From NCBI GenBank assembly GCA_964035545.1, contig OZ037766.1, positions 18,439,081 through 18,503,080 on the forward strand: a stretch of 64,000 nucleotides of DNA, in the 5' to 3' direction. Each line of letters begins with the position of its first letter. Position 1 is the stretch's first letter. A program made the position numbers and the translations under genes. This stretch comes from Bugula neritina. Lineage: Eukaryota; Animalia; Bryozoa. Shown piece by piece: positions 39,480 to 55,399 of the stretch. The notes under the pieces are model-generated. The model was not told where the DNA came from. It was given only the letters and a program-made list of their open reading frames with translations, and ran no database searches.

Positions 39480-42400
39480 TTGCAGTGTATTTCTGTATTT
39501 TACAGTGTATTTCAGTATGTTGCAGTATATTTCAGCATGTTACAGTATATTTCAGTATGTTGCAGTATATTTCAGTGGGTTATAGTATATTTCAGTATGA
39601 TACAGCGTATTTCGTTATGTTACAGTGTATGTCAGTATGTTGCAGTATTTTCCAATGTATTTCAGTATGTTACAGTGTATTTCAGTATGTTGCAGTATAA
39701 TTCAGTATGTTACAATAAATTTCAGTATGTTACAGTACATTTCCGTAAATTACACTATATTTCAGTGAGTTGTAGTATATTTCAGTATCTTGCAGTATAT
39801 CTCAGTATGTTACAGTATATTTCAGTATCTTACAGTACATTTCCGTAAATTACACTACACTTCAGTGAGTTGTAGTATATTTCAGTATCTTGCAGTATAT
39901 CTCAGTATGTTACAGTATATTTCAGTATGTTACAGTATATTTCAGTGTGTTACAGTAAATTTCAGTATGTTACAGTGCTTTTGCAGATATCACACTATAC
40001 TTTAGTGAGTTTTAGTGCCTTTCAGTATGTTACAGTGTATTTCAGTATGTTGCAGTATTTTGCAATATATATCAGTATGTTACAGTGTATTTCAGTATGT
40101 TGCAGTATATTCCAGTATGTTCCAGTATGTTGCAGTGTATTTCATTATGTTACAGTGTATTTCAGTGGTTTGCAACATATTTCAGTAGGTTACCATATAT
40201 TTCGGTATGTTGCAGCATATTTCAATGCGTTGCAGTGTATTTCAATATGTTACAGTGTATTTCAGTATGTTGCAGTATGTTGCAGTGTATTTCTGTATGT
40301 TACGGTGTAGTTCAGTATGTTGCAGTATATTTCAGTATGTTACAGTATGTTTCAGTATGTTGCAGTATATTTCGGTATCTTGCAACTTATTTCAATGTGT
40401 TGCAATGTAATTCAATATGTTACAGTGTATTTCAATATGTTGCAGTACATTTCAGTATGTTACAGTGTATTTCAGCATGTTGCAGTATATTTCATTATGT
40501 TGCAGTATGTTGCAGTATGTTTCAGTAGTTTGCAACATATTTCAGTAGGTTAGTATATATTTCGGTATGTTGCAGCATATTTCAATGTGTTGCAGTGTAT
40601 TTCAATATGTTACAGTGTATTTCAGTATGTTGCAGTATGTTGCAGTATGCTGCAGTATGTTGCAGTGTATTTCTGTATGTTCCAGTATAATTCAGTATGT
40701 TACAATAAATTTCAGTATGTTACAGTACATTTTCGTAAATTACACTATACTTCAGTGAGTTGGAGTATATTTCAGTATCTTGCAGTATATCTCAGTATGT
40801 TACAGTATATTTCAGTATGTTACAGTATATTTCACTGTGTTACAGTAAATTTCAATATGTTACAGTGCATTTGCAGATATTACACTATACTTCAGTGAGT
40901 TTTAGTGCCTTTCAGTATGTTACAGTGTATTTCAGTATGTTGCAGTATTTTGCAATATATATCAGTATGTTACAGTGTATTTCAGTATGTTGCAGTATAT
41001 TTCAGTATGTTACAATAAAATTCAGTATGTTACAGCATATTTCCATGAATTACACTATACTTCAGTGAGTTGTAGTATATTTCAGTATCTTGCAGTATAT
41101 CTCAGTATGTTACAGTATATTTCAGTTTGTTACAGTAAATTTCAGTATGTTACAGTGCATTTGCAGATATTACACTATACTTCAGTGAGTTTTAGTGTCT
41201 TTCAGTATGTTGCAGTATATTTCGGTATTTTGCAACATATTTCAATATGTTGCAATGTATTTCAATATGTTACAGTGTATTTCAGTATGTTGCAGTATGT
41301 TGCAATGTATTTCAGAATGTTACAGTGTATTTCAGTAGGTTTCAGTATCTTGCAGTATATTTCAGCATGTTGCAGTATATTTCAGGATGTTGCAGTATAT
41401 TTCAGTATGTTACGGTGTTTTGCAGTATTTTGCAGTATATTTCAGTGTGTTACAGTATATTTCATTATGTTGCAGTATGTTGCAGTATATTTCAGTATGT
41501 TACAGTATATTTCAGTTTGTTACAGTAAATTTCAGTATGTTACAGTGCATTTGCAGATATTACACTATACTTCAGTGAGTTTTAGTGTCTTTCATTATGT
41601 TGCAGTATATTTCAGTATGTTGCAGTATTTTGCAATGTATTTCAATATGTTACAGTGTATTTCAGTATGTTGCAGTACATTTCAGTATGTTACAGTATAT
41701 TTCAGTATGTTGCAGTATATTTCAGTGGGTTATAGCATATTTCAGTATGATACAGCGTATTTCAGTATGTTACAGTGTACTTCAGTATGTTGCAGTATTT
41801 TGCAATATATTTCAGTATGTTACAGTGTATTTCAGTATCTTACAGTACATTTCCGTAAATTACACTACACTTCAGTGAGTTGTAGTATATTTCAGTATCT
41901 TGCAGTATATCTCAGTATGTTACAGTATATTTCAGTATGTTACAGTATATTTCAGTGTGTTACAGTAAATTTCAGTATGTTACAGTGCATTTGCAGATAT
42001 TACACTATACTTCAGTGAGTTTTAGTGTCTTTCAGTATCTTGCAGTATATTTCAGTATGTTGCAATATTTTGCAATATATTTTAGTATGTTATAGTGTAT
42101 TTCAGTACGTTGCAGTATATTTCAGTATGATACAATAAATTTCAGTGTGTTACAGTACATTTCTGCAAATTACACTATACTTCAGTGAGTTGTAGTATAT
42201 TTCAGTATGTTGCAGTATATCTCAGTATGTTACAGTTGATTTCAGTATGTTCCAGTATATTTCAGCGTGTTTCAGTATATCTCAGTATGCCACAGTGCAT
42301 TTTCAGATTTTTCACTAAACTTCAGTGAGTTTTAGTGTCTTTCAGTATGTTGCAGTATATTTCGGTATCTTGCAACTTATTTCAATGTGTTGCAATGTAA

Positions 42401-45400
42401 TTCCATATGTTACAGTGTATTTCAGTATGTTGCAGTATGTTGCAGTGTATTTCAGTATGTTACAGTGTATTTCAGTAGGTTTCAGTATCTTGCAGTATAT
42501 TTCAGTATGTTGCAGTATATTTCAGTGGGTTACAGTATATTCCAGTATGTTCCAGTATGTTGCAGTATATTTCAGGATGTTGCAGTGTATTTCATTATGT
42601 TACAGTGTATTTCAGTGGTTTGCAACATATTTCAGTAGGTTACCATATATTTCGGTATGTTGCAGCATATTTCAATGCGTTGCAGTGTATTTCAATATGT
42701 TACAGTGTATTTCAGTATGTTGCAGTATGTTGCAGTGTATTTCTGTATGTTACGGTGTAGTTCAGTATGTTGCAGTATATTTCAGTATGTTACAGTATGT
42801 TTCAGTATGTTGCAGTATATTTCGGTATCTTGCAACTTTTTTCAATGTGTTGCAATGTAATTCAATATGTTACAGTGTATTTCAATATGTTGCAGTACAT
42901 TTCAGTATGTTACAGTGTATTTCAGTATGTTGCAGTATATTTCAGTGGGTTATAGCATATTTCAGTATGATACAGCGTATTTCAGTATGTTACAGTGTAC
43001 TTAAGTATGTTGCAGTATTTTGCAATATATTTCAGTATGTTACAGTGTATTTCAGTATGTTGCAGTATATTTCAGTATGTTACAATAAATTTCAGTATGT
43101 TACAGTACATTTCCGTAAGTTACACTATACTTCAGGTAGTTGTAGTATATTTCAGTATCTTGCAGTATATCTCAGTATGTTACAGCATATTTCATTGTGT
43201 TGCAGTGTATTTCTGTATTTTACAGTGTATTTCAGTATGTTGCAGTATATTTCAGCATGTTACAGTATATTTCAGTATGTTGCAGTATATTTCAGTGGGT
43301 TATAGTATATTTCAGTATGATACAGCGTATTTCGTTATGTTACAGTGTATGTCAGTATGTTGCAGTATTTTCCAATGTATTTCAGTATGTTACAGTGTAT
43401 TTCAGTATGTTGCAGTATAATTCAGTATGTTACAATAAATTTCAGTATGTTACAGTACATTTCCGTAAATTACACTATATTTCAGTGAGTTGTAGTATAT
43501 TTCAGTATCTTGCAGTATATCTCAGTATGTTACAGTATATTTCAGTATCTTACAGTACATTTCCGTAAATTACACTACACTTCAGTGAGTTGTAGTATAT
43601 TTCAGTATCTTGCAGTATATCTCAGTATGTTACAGTATATTTCAGTATGTTACAGTATATTTCAGTGTGTTACAGTAAATTTCAGTATGTTACAGTGCTT
43701 TTGCAGATATCACACTATACTTTAGTGAGTTTTAGTGCCTTTCAGTATGTTACAGTGTATTTCAGTATGTTGCAGTATTTTGCAATATATATCAGTATGT
43801 TACAGTGTATTTCAGTATGTTGCAGTATATTCCAGTATGTTCCAGTATGTTGCAGTATATTTCAGGATGTTGCAGTGTATTTCATTATGTTACAGTGTAT
43901 TTCAGTGGTTTGCAACATATTTCAGTAGGTTACCATATATTTCGGTATGTTGCAGCATATTTCAATGCGTTGCAGTGTATTTCAATATGTTACAGTGTAT
44001 TTCAGTATGTTGCAGTATGTTGCAGTGTATTTCTGTATGTTACGGTGTAGTTCAGTATGTTGCAGTATATTTCAGTATGTTACAGTATGTTTCAGTATGT
44101 TGCAGTATATTTCGGTATCTTGCAACTTATTTCAATGTGTTGCAATGTAATTCAATATGTTACAGTGTATTTCAATATGTTGCAGTACATTTCAGTATGT
44201 TACAGTGTATTTCAGCATGTTGCAGTATATTTCATTATGTTGCAGTATGTTGCAGTATGTTTCAGTAGTTTGCAACATATTTCAGTAGGTTAGTATATAT
44301 TTCGGTATGTTGCAGCATATTTCAATGTGTTGCAGTGTATTTCAATATGTTACAGTGTATTTCAGTATGTTGCAGTATGTTGCAGTATGCTGCAGTATGT
44401 TGCAGTGTATTTCTGTATGTTCCAGTATAATTCAGTATGTTACAATAAATTTCAGTATGTTACAGTACATTTTCGTAAATTACACTATACTTCAGTGAGT
44501 TGGAGTATATTTCAGTATCTTGCAGTATATCTCAGTATGTTACAGTATATTTCAGTATGTTACAGTATATTTCACTGTGTTACAGTAAAATTCAATATGT
44601 TACAGTGCATTTGCAGATATTACACTATACTTCAGTGAGTTTTAGTGCCTTTCAGTATGTTACAGTGTATTTCAGTATGTTGCAGTATGTTGCAATGTAT
44701 TTCAGAATGTTACAGTGTATTTCAGTAGGTTTCAGTATCTTGCAGTATATTTCAGCATGTTGCAGTATATTTCAGGATGTTGCAGTATATTTCAGTATGT
44801 TACGGTGTTTTGCAGTATTTTGCAGTATATTTCAGTGTGTTACAGTATATTTCATTATGTTGCAGTATGTTGCAGTATATTTCAGTATGTTACAGTATAT
44901 TTCAGTTTGTTACAGTAAATTTCAGTATGTTACAGTGCATTTGCAGATATTACACTATACTTCAGTGAGTTTTAGTGTCTTTCATTATGTTGCAGTATAT
45001 TTCAGTATGTTGCAGTATTTTGCAATGTATTTATATATGTTACAGTGTATTTCAGTATGTTGCAGTACATTTCAGTATGTTACAGTATATTTCAGTATGT
45101 TGCAGTATATTTCAGTGGGTTATAGCATATTTCAGTATGATACAGCGTATTTCAGTATGTTACAGTGTACTTCAGTATGTTGCAGTATTTTGCAATATAT
45201 TTCAGTATGTTACAGTGTATTTCAGTATCTTACAGTACATTTCCGTAAATTACACTACACTTCAGTGAGTTGTAGTATATTTCAGTATCTTGCAGTATAT
45301 CTCAGTATGTTACAGTATATTTCAGTATGTTACAGTATATTTCAGTGTGTTACAGTAAATTTCAGTATGTTACAGTGCATTTGCAGATATTACACTATAC

Positions 45401-46900
45401 TTCAGTGAGTTTTAGTGTCTTTCAGTATCTTGCAGTATATTTCAGTATGTTGCAATATTTTGCAATATATTTTAGTATGTTATAGTGTATTTCAGTACGT
45501 TGCAGTATATTTCAGTATGATACAATAAATTTCAGTGTGTTACAGTACATTTCTGCAAATTACACTATACTTCAGTGAGTTGTAGTATATTTCAGTATCT
45601 TGCAGTATATCTCAGTATGTTACAGTTGATTTCAGTATGTTCCAGTATATTTCAGCGTGTTTCAGTATATTTCAGTATGCCACAGTGCATTTTCAGATTT
45701 TTCACTAAACTTCAGTGAGTTTTAGTGTCTTTCAGTATGTTGCAGTATATTTCGGTATCTTGCAACTTATTTCAATGTGTTGCAATGTAATTCCATATGT
45801 TACAGTGTATTTCAGTATGTTGCAGTATGTTGCAGTGTATTTCAGTATGTTACAGTGTATTTCAGTAGGTTTCAGTATCTGGCAGTATATTTCAGTATGT
45901 TGCAGTATATTTCAGTGGGTTACAGTATATTCCAGTATGTTCCAGTATGTTGCAGTATATTTCAGGATGTTGCAGTGTATTTCATTATGTTACAGTGTAT
46001 TTCAGTGGTTTGCAACATATTTCAGTAGGTTACCATATATTTCGGTATGTTGCAGCATATTTCAATGCGTTGCAGTGTATTTCAATATGTTACAGTGTAT
46101 TTCAGTATGTTGCAGTATGTTGCAGTGTATTTCTGTATGTTACGGTGTAGTTCAGTATGTTGCAGTATATTTCAGTATGTTACAGTATGTTTCAGTATGT
46201 TGCAGTATATTTCGGTATCTTGCAACTTTTTTCAATGTGTTGCAATGTAATTCAATATGTTACAGTGTATTTCAATATGTTGCAGTACATTTCAGTATGT
46301 TACAGTGTATTTCAGTATGTTGCAGTATATTTCAGTGGGTTATAGCATATTTCAGTATGATACAGCGTATTTCAGTATGTTACAGTGTACTTAAGTATGT
46401 TGCAGTATTTTGCAATATATTTCAGTATGTTACAGTGTATTTCAGTATGTTGCAGTATATTTCAGTATGTTACAATAAATTTCAGTATGTTACAGTACAT
46501 TTCCGTAAGTTACACTATACTTCAGGTAGTTGTAGTATATTTCAGTATCTTGCAGTATATCTCAGTATGTTACAGCATATTTCATTGTGTTGCAGTGTAT
46601 TTCTGTATTTTACAGTGTATTTCAGTATGTTGCAGTATATTTCAGCATGTTACAGTATATTTCAGTATGTTGCAGTATATTTCAGTGGGTTATAGTATAT
46701 TTCAGTATGATACAGCGTATTTCGTTATGTTACAGTGTATGTCAGTATGTTGCAGTATTTTCCAATGTATTTCAGTATGTTACAGTGTATTTCAGTATGT
46801 TGCAGTATAATTCAGTATGTTACAATAAATTTCAGTATTTTACAGTACATTTCCGTAAATTACACTATACTTCAGTGAGTTGTAGTATATTTCAGTATCT
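39480..46900 (+). repeat. Tandem duplication of about 3.4-3.7 kb with internal indels in multiples of 10 bp
   Basis: Offsets of 3720 (39790/43510), 3740 (40207/43947; TGGAGTATAT at 40761/44501) and 3390 (41387/44777, 42325/45715). Confidence 0.75.
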
Positions 46901-49900
46901 TGCAGTATATCTCAGTATGTTACAGTATATTTCAGTATGTTACAGTATGTTGCAATGTATTTCAGTATGTTACAGTGTAATTCAGTATCTTACAGTACAT
47001 TTCCGTAAATTAAAACTACACTTCAGTGAGTTGTAGTATATTTCAGTATCTTGCAGTATATCTCAGTATGTTACAGTATATTTCAGTATGTTACAGTATA
47101 TTTCAGTGTGTTACAGTAATTTTCATTATGTTACAGTGCATTTGCAGATATTACACTATACTTCAGTGAGTTTTAGTGTCTTTCAGTATCTTGCAGTATA
47201 TTTCAGTATGTTGCAATATTTTGCAATATATTTTAGTATGTTATAGTGTATTTCAGTACGTTGCAGTATATTTCAGTATGATACAATAAATTTCAGTGTG
47301 TTACAGTACATTTCTGCAAATTACACTATACTTCAGTGAGTTGTAGTATATTTCAGTATCTTGCAGTATATCTCAGTATGTTACAGTTGATTTCAGTATG
47401 TTCCGGTATATTTCAGCGTGTTTCAGTATATTTCAGTATGCCACAGTGCATTTTCAGATTATTCACTATACTTCAGTGAGTTTTAGTGTCTTTCAGTATG
47501 TTGCAGTATATTTCGGTATCTTGCAACTTATTTCAATGTGTTGCAATGTAATTCAATATGTTACAGTGTATTTCAGTATGTTACAGTGTATTTCAGTATG
47601 TTGCAGTATTTTGCAATATATATCAGTATGTTACAGTGTATTTCAGTATGTTGCAGTATGTTTCAGTATGTTACAATAAATTTCAGTATGTTACAGTATA
47701 TTTCCGTAAATTACACTATACTTCAGTGAGTTGTAGTATATTTCAGTATCTTGCAGTATATCTCAGTATGTTACAGTATATTTCAGTATGTTACAGTATA
47801 TTTCAGTTTGTTACAGTAAATTTCAGTATGTTACAGTGCATTTGCAGATATTACACTATACTTCAGTGAGTTTTAGTGTCTTTCATTATGTTGCAGTATA
47901 TTTCAGTATGTTGCAGTAATTTGCAATACATTTTATTATGTTACAGTGTATTTCAGTATGTTGCAGTATATTTCAGTTTGATACAATAAATTTCAGTATG
48001 TTACAGTACATTTCCGTAAATTACACTATACTTCAGTGAGTTGCAGTATATTTCAGTATCTTGCAGTATATCTCAGTATGTTACAGTATATTTCAGTATG
48101 TTGCAGTATATTTCAGCGTGTTTGAGTATATTTCAGTATGACACAGTGCATTTCCAGATATTACGCTATACTTCAGTGAGTTTTAGTGTCTTTGAGTATG
48201 TTGCAGTATATTTCGGTGTTTTGCAACATATTTCAATATGTTGCAATGTATTTCAATATGTTACAGTGTATTTCAGTATGTTGCAGTATGTTGCAATGTA
48301 TTTCAGTATGTTACAATGTATTTCAGTAGGTTTCAGTATCTTGCAGTATATTTCAGCGTGTTTCAGTATATTTCGGTATGCCACAGTGCATTTTCAGGTT
48401 ATTCACTATACTTCAGTGAGTTTTAGTGTCTTTCAGTATGTTGCAGTATATTTCGGTATCTTGCAACTTATTTCAATGTGTTGCAATGTAATTCAATATG
48501 TTACAGTGTATTTCAGTATGTTGCAGTACATTTCAGTATGTTACAGTATATTTCAGTATGTTGCAGTATATTTCAGTGGGTTATAGCATATTTCAGTATG
48601 ATACAGCGTATTTCAGTATGTTACAGTGTACTTCAGTATGTTGCAGTATTTTGCAATATATTTCAGTATGTTACAGTGTATTTCAGTATGTTACAGTATA
48701 TTTCAGTATGTTACAATAAATTTCAGTATGTTACAGTACATTTCCGTAAGTTACACTATACTTCAGGTAGTTGTAGTATATTTCAGTATCTTGCAGTATA
48801 TCTCAGTATGTTACAGCATATTGCATTGTGTTGCAGTGTATTTCAATATGTTACAGTGTATTTCAGTATGTTGCAGTATGTTGCAGTATGCTGCAGTATG
48901 TTGCAGTGTATTTCTGTATTTTACAGTGTATTTCAGTATGTTGCAGTATATTTCAGCATGTTACAGTATATTTCAGTATGTTGCAGTATATTTCAGTGGG
49001 TTATAGTATATTTCAGTATGATACAGCGTATTTCGTTATGTTACAGTGTATGTCAGTATGTTGCAGTATTTTCCAATGTATTTCAGTATGTTACAGTGTA
49101 TTTCAGTATGTTGCAGTATAATTCAGTATGTTACAATAAATTTCAGTATGTTACAGTACATTTTTGTAAATAACACTATACTTCAGTGAGTTGTAGTATA
49201 TTTCAGTATCTTGCAGTATATCTCAGTATGTTACGGTATATTTCAGTATCTTACAGTACATTTCCGTAAATTACACTACACTTCAGTGAGTTGTAGTATA
49301 TTTCAGTATCTTGCAGTATATCTCAGTATGTTACAGTATATTTCAGTATGTTACAGTATATTTCAGTGTGTTACAGTAAATTTCAGTATGTTACAGTGCT
49401 TTTGCAGATATCACACTATACTTTAGTGAGTTTTAGTGCCTTTCAGTATGTTACAGTGTATTTCAGTATGTTGCAGTATTTTGCAATATATATCAGTATG
49501 TTACAGTGTATTTCAGTATGTTGCAGTATATTCCAGTATGTTCCAGTATGTTGCAGTATATTTCAGGATGTTGCAGTGTATTTCATTATGTTACAGTGTA
49601 TTTCAGTGGTTTGCAACATATTTCAGTAGGTTACCATATATTTCGGTATGTTGCAGCATATTTCAATGCGTTGCAGTGTATTTCAATATGTTACAGTGTA
49701 TTTCAGTATGTTGCAGTATGTTGCAGTGTATTTCTGTATGTTACGGTGTAGTTCAGTATGTTGCAGTATATTTCAGTATGTTACAGTATGTTTCAGTATG
49801 TTGCAGTATATTTCGGTATCTTGCAACTTATTTCAATGTGTTGCAATGTAATTCAATATGTTACAGTGTATTTCAATATGTTGCAGTACATTTCAGTATG

Positions 49901-52900
49901 TTACAGTGTATTTCAGCATGTTGCAGTATATTTCATTATGTTGCAGTATGTTGCAGTATGTTTCAGTAGTTTGCAACATATTTCAGTAGGTTAGTATATA
50001 TTTCGGTATGTTGCAGCATATTTCAATGTGTTGCAGTGTATTTCAATATGTTACAGTGTATTTCAGTATGTTGCAGTATGTTGCAGTATGCTGCAGTATG
50101 TTGCAGTGTATTTCTGTATGTTACAGTGTATTTCAGTATGTTGCAGTATATTTCAGTATGTTACAGTATATTTCAGTATGTTGCAGTATATTTCAGTGGG
50201 TTATAGTATATTTCAGTATGATACAGCGTCTTTCAGTATGTTACAGTGTATTTCAGTATGTTGCAGTATTTTGCAATATGTTTCAGTATGTTACAGTGTA
50301 TTTCAGTATGTTCCAGTATAATTCAGTATGTTACAATAAATTTCAGTATGTTACAGTACATTTTCGTAAATTACACTATACTTCAGTGAGTTGTAGTATA
50401 TTTCAGTATCTTGCAGTATATCTCAGTATGTTACAGTATATTTCAGTATGTTACAGTATATTTCACTGTGTTACAGTAAATTTCAATATGTTACAGTGCA
50501 TTTGCAGATATTACACTATACTTCAGTGAGTTTTAGTGCCTTTCAGTATGTTACAGTGTATTTCTGTATGTTACAGTGTATTTCAGTATGTTGCAGTATA
50601 TTTCAGTATGTTACAGTATATTTCAGTATGTTGCAGTATATTTCAGTGGGTTATAGTATATTTCAGTATGATACAGCGTCTTTCAGTATGTTACAGTGTA
50701 TTTCAGTATGTTGCAGTATTTTGCAACATGTTTCAGTATGTTACAGTGTATTTCAGTATGTTCCAGTATAATTCAGTATGTTACAATAAATTTCAGTATG
50801 TTACAGTACATTTTCGTAAATTACACTATACTTCAGTGAGTTGTAGTATATTTCAGTATCTTGCAGTATATCTCAGTATGTTACAGTATATTTCAGTATG
50901 TTACAGTATATTTCACTGTGTTACAGTAAATTTCAATATGTTACAGTGCATTTGCAGATATTACACTATACTTCAGTGAGTTTTAGTGTCTTTCAGTATG
51001 TTGCAGTATATTTCGGTATTTTGCAACATATTTCAATATGTTGCAATGTATTTCAATATGTTACAGTGTATTTCAGTATGTTGCAGTATGTTGCAAAGTA
51101 TTTCAGAATGTTACAGTGTATTTCAGTAGGTTTCAGTATCTTGCAGTATATTTCAGTATGTTACGGTGTTTTGCAGTATTTTGCAGTATATTTCAGTGTG
51201 TTACAGTATATTTCATTATGTTGCAGTATGTTGCAGTATATTTCAGTATGTTACAGTATATTTCAGTTTGTTACAGTAAATTTCAGTATGTTACAGTGCA
51301 TTTGCAGATATTACACTATACTTTAGTGAGTTTTAGTGTCTTTCAGTATCTTGCAGTATATTTCAGTATGTTGCAATATTTTGCAATATATTTTAGTATC
51401 TTACAGTGTATTTCAGTACCTTGCAGTATATTTCAGTATGATACAATAAATTTCAGTGTGTTACAGTACATTTCTGCAAATTACACTATACTTCAGTGAG
51501 TTGTAGTATATTTCAGTATCTTGCAGTATATCTCAGTATGTTACAGTTGATTTCAGTATGTTCCAGTATATTTCAGCGTGTTTCAGTATATTTCAGGATG
51601 CCACAGTGCATTTTTAGATTTTTCACTATACTTCAGTGAGTTTTAGTGTCTTTCAGTATGTTGCAGTATATTTCGGGATCTTGCAACTTATTTCAATGTG
51701 TTGCAATGTAATTCAATATGTTACAGTGTATTTCAGTATGTTACAGTGTATTTCAGCATGTTGCAGTATATTTCATTATGTTGCAGTATGTTGCAGTATG
51801 TTTCAGTAGTTTGCAACATATTTCAGTAGGTTAGTATATATTTCGGTATGTTGCAGCATATTTCAATGTGTTGCAGTGTATTTCAATATGTTACAGTGTA
51901 TTTCAGTATGTTGCAGTATGTTGCAGTATGCTGCAGTATGTTGCAGTGTATTTCTGTATGTTACAGTGTATTTCAGTATGTTGCAGTATATTTCAGTATG
52001 TTACAGTATATTTCAGTATGTTGCAGTATATTTCAGTGGGTTATAGTATATTTCAGTATGATACAGCGTCTTTCAGTATGTTACAGTGTATTTCAGTATG
52101 TTGCAGTATTTTGCAATATGTTTCAGTATGTTACAGTGTATTTCAGTATGTTCCAGTATAATTCAGTATGTTACAATAAATTTCAGTATGTTACAGTACA
52201 TTTTCGTAAATTACACTATACTTCAGTGAGTTGTAGTATATTTCAGTATCTTGCAGTATATCTCAGTATGTTACAGTATATTTCAGTATGTTACAGTATA
52301 TTTCACTGTGTTACAGTAAATTTCAATATGTTACAGTGCATTTGCAGATATTACACTATACTTCAGTGAGTTTTAGTGCCTTTCAGTATGTTACAGTGTA
52401 TTTCAGTATGTTGCAGTATTTTGCAATATATATCAGTATGTTACAGTGTATTTCAGTATGTTGCAGTATATTTCAGTATGTTACAATAAATTTCAGTATG
52501 TTACAGCATATTTCCATGAATTACACTATACTTCAGTGAGTTGTAGTATATTTCAGTATCTTGCAGTATATCTCAGTATGTTACAGTATATTTCAGTTTG
52601 TTACAGTAAATTTCAGTATCTTACAGTGCATTTGCAGATATTACACTATACTTCAGTGAGTTTTAGTGTCTTTCAGTATGTTGCAGTATATTTCGGTATT
52701 TTGCAACATATTTCAATATGTTGCAATGTATTTCAATATGTTACAGTGTATTTCAGTATGTTGCAGTATGTTGCAATGTATTTCAGAATGTTACAGTGTA
52801 TTTCAGTAGGTTTCAGTATCTTGCAGTATATTTCAGCATGTTGCAGTATATTTCGGGATGTTGCAGTATATTTCAGTATGTTACGGTGTTTTGCAGTATT

Positions 52901-55399
52901 TTGCAGTATATTTCAGTGTGTTACAGTATATTTCATTATGTTGCAGTATGTTGCAGTATATTTCAGTATGTGACAGTATATTTCAGTTTGTTACAGTAAA
53001 TTTCAGTATGTTACAGTGCATTTGCAGATATTACACTATACTTCAGTGAGTTTTAGTGTCTTTCATTATGTTGCAGTATATTTCAGTATGTTGCAGTATT
53101 TTGCAATGTATTTCAATATGTTACAGTGTATTTCAGTATGTTGCAGTATGTTGCAATGTATTTCAGTATGTTACAGTGTATTTCAGTATCTTACAGTACA
53201 TTTCCGTAAATTACACTACACTTCAGTGAGTTGTAGTATATTTCAGTATCTTGCAGTATATCTCAGTATGTTACAGTATATTTCAGTATGTTACAGTATA
53301 TTTCAGTGTGTTACAGTAAATTTCAGTATGTTACAGTGCATTTGCAGATATTACACTATACTTCAGTGAGTTTTAGTGTCTTTCAGTATCTTGCAGTATA
53401 TTTCAGTATGTTGCAATATTTTGCAATATATTTTAGTATGTTATAGTGTATTTCAGTACGTTGCAGTATATTTCAGTATGATACAATAAATTTCAGTGTG
53501 TTACAGTACATTTCTGCAAATTACACTATACTTCAGTGAGTTGTAGTATATTTCAGTATCTTGCAGTATATCTCAGTATGTTACAGTTGATTTCAGTATG
53601 TTCCAGTATATTTCAGCGTGTTTCAGTATATTTCAGTATGCCACAGTGCATTTTCAGATTATTCACTATACTTCAGTGAGTTTTAGTGTCTTTCAGTATG
53701 TTGCAGTATATTTCGGTATCTTGCAACTTATTTCAATGTGTTGCAATGTAATTCAATATGTTACAGTGTATTTCAGTATGTTACAGTGTATTTCAGTATG
53801 TTGCAGTATTTTGCAATATATATCAGTATGTTACAGTGTATTTCAGTATGTTGCAGTATATTTCAGTATGTTACAATAAATTTCAGTATGTTACAGTATA
53901 TTTCCGCAAATTACACTATACTTCAGTGAGTTGTAGTATATTTCAGTATCTTGCAGTATATCTCAGTATGGTACAGTATATTTCAGTATGTTACAGTATA
54001 TTTCAGTTTGTTACAGTAAATTTCAGTATGTTACAGTGCATTTGCAGATATTACACTATACTTCAGTGAGTTTTAGTGTCTTTCATTATGTTGCAGTATA
54101 TTTCAGTATGTTGCAGTATTTTGCAATACATTTTATTATGTTACAGTGTATTTCAGTATGTTGCAGTATATTTCAGTTTGATACAATAAATTTCAGTATG
54201 TTACAGTACATTTCCGTAAATTACACTATACTTCAGTGAGTTGTAGTATATTTCAGTATCTTGCAGTATATCTCAGTATGTTACAGTATATTTCAGTATG
54301 TTGCAGTATATTTCAGCGTGTTTGAGTATATTTCAGTATGACACAGTGCATTTCCAGATATTACGCTATACTTCCGTGAGTTTTAGTGTCTTTCAGTATG
54401 TTGCAGTATATTTCGGTGTTTTGCAACATATTTCAATATGTTGCAATGTATTTCAATATGTTACAGTGTATTTCAGTATGTTGCAGTATGTTGCAATGTA
54501 TTTCAGTATGTTACAGTGTATTTCAGTAGGTTTCAGTATCTTGCAGTATATTTCAGCATGTTGCAGTATATTTCAGGATGTTGCAGTATATTTCAGTATG
54601 TTACAGTGTTTTGCAGTATTTTGCAGTATATTTCAGTGTGTTACAGTATATTTCATTATGTTGCAGCATGTTGCAGTATATTTCAGTAGTTTGCAACATA
54701 TTTCAGTAGGTTACCATATATTTCGGTATGTTGCAGCATATTTCAAGGTGTTGCAGTGTATTTCAATATGTTACAGTGTATTTCAGTCTGTTGCAGTATG
54801 TTCCATTATGCTGCAGTGTATTTCTGTATGTTACAGTGTATTTCAGTATGTTGCAGTACATTTCAGTATGTTACAGTATATTTCAGTATGTTGCAGTATA
54901 TTTCAGTGGGTTATAGCATATTTCAGTATGATACAGCGTATTTCAGTATGTTACAGTGTACTTCAGTATGTTGCAGTATTTTGCAATATATTTCAGTATG
55001 TTACAGTGTATTTCAGTATGTTGCAGTATAATTCAGTATGTTACAATAAATTTCAGTGTGTTACAGTACATTTCCGTAAATTACACTATACTTCAGTGAG
55101 TTGTAGTATATTTCAGTATCTTGCAGTATATCTCAGTATGTTACAATATATTTCAGTATCTTACAGTACATTTCCGTAAATTACACTACACTTCAGTGAG
55201 TTGTAGTATATTTCAGTATCTTGCAGTATATCTCAGTATGTTACAGTATATTTCAGGATGTTACAGTATATTTCAGTGTGTTACAGTAAATTTCAGTATG
55301 TTACAGTGCATTTGCAGATATTACACTATACTTTAGTGAGTTTTAGTGTCTTTCAGTATCTTGCAGTATATTTCAGTATGTTGCAGTATTTTGCAATAT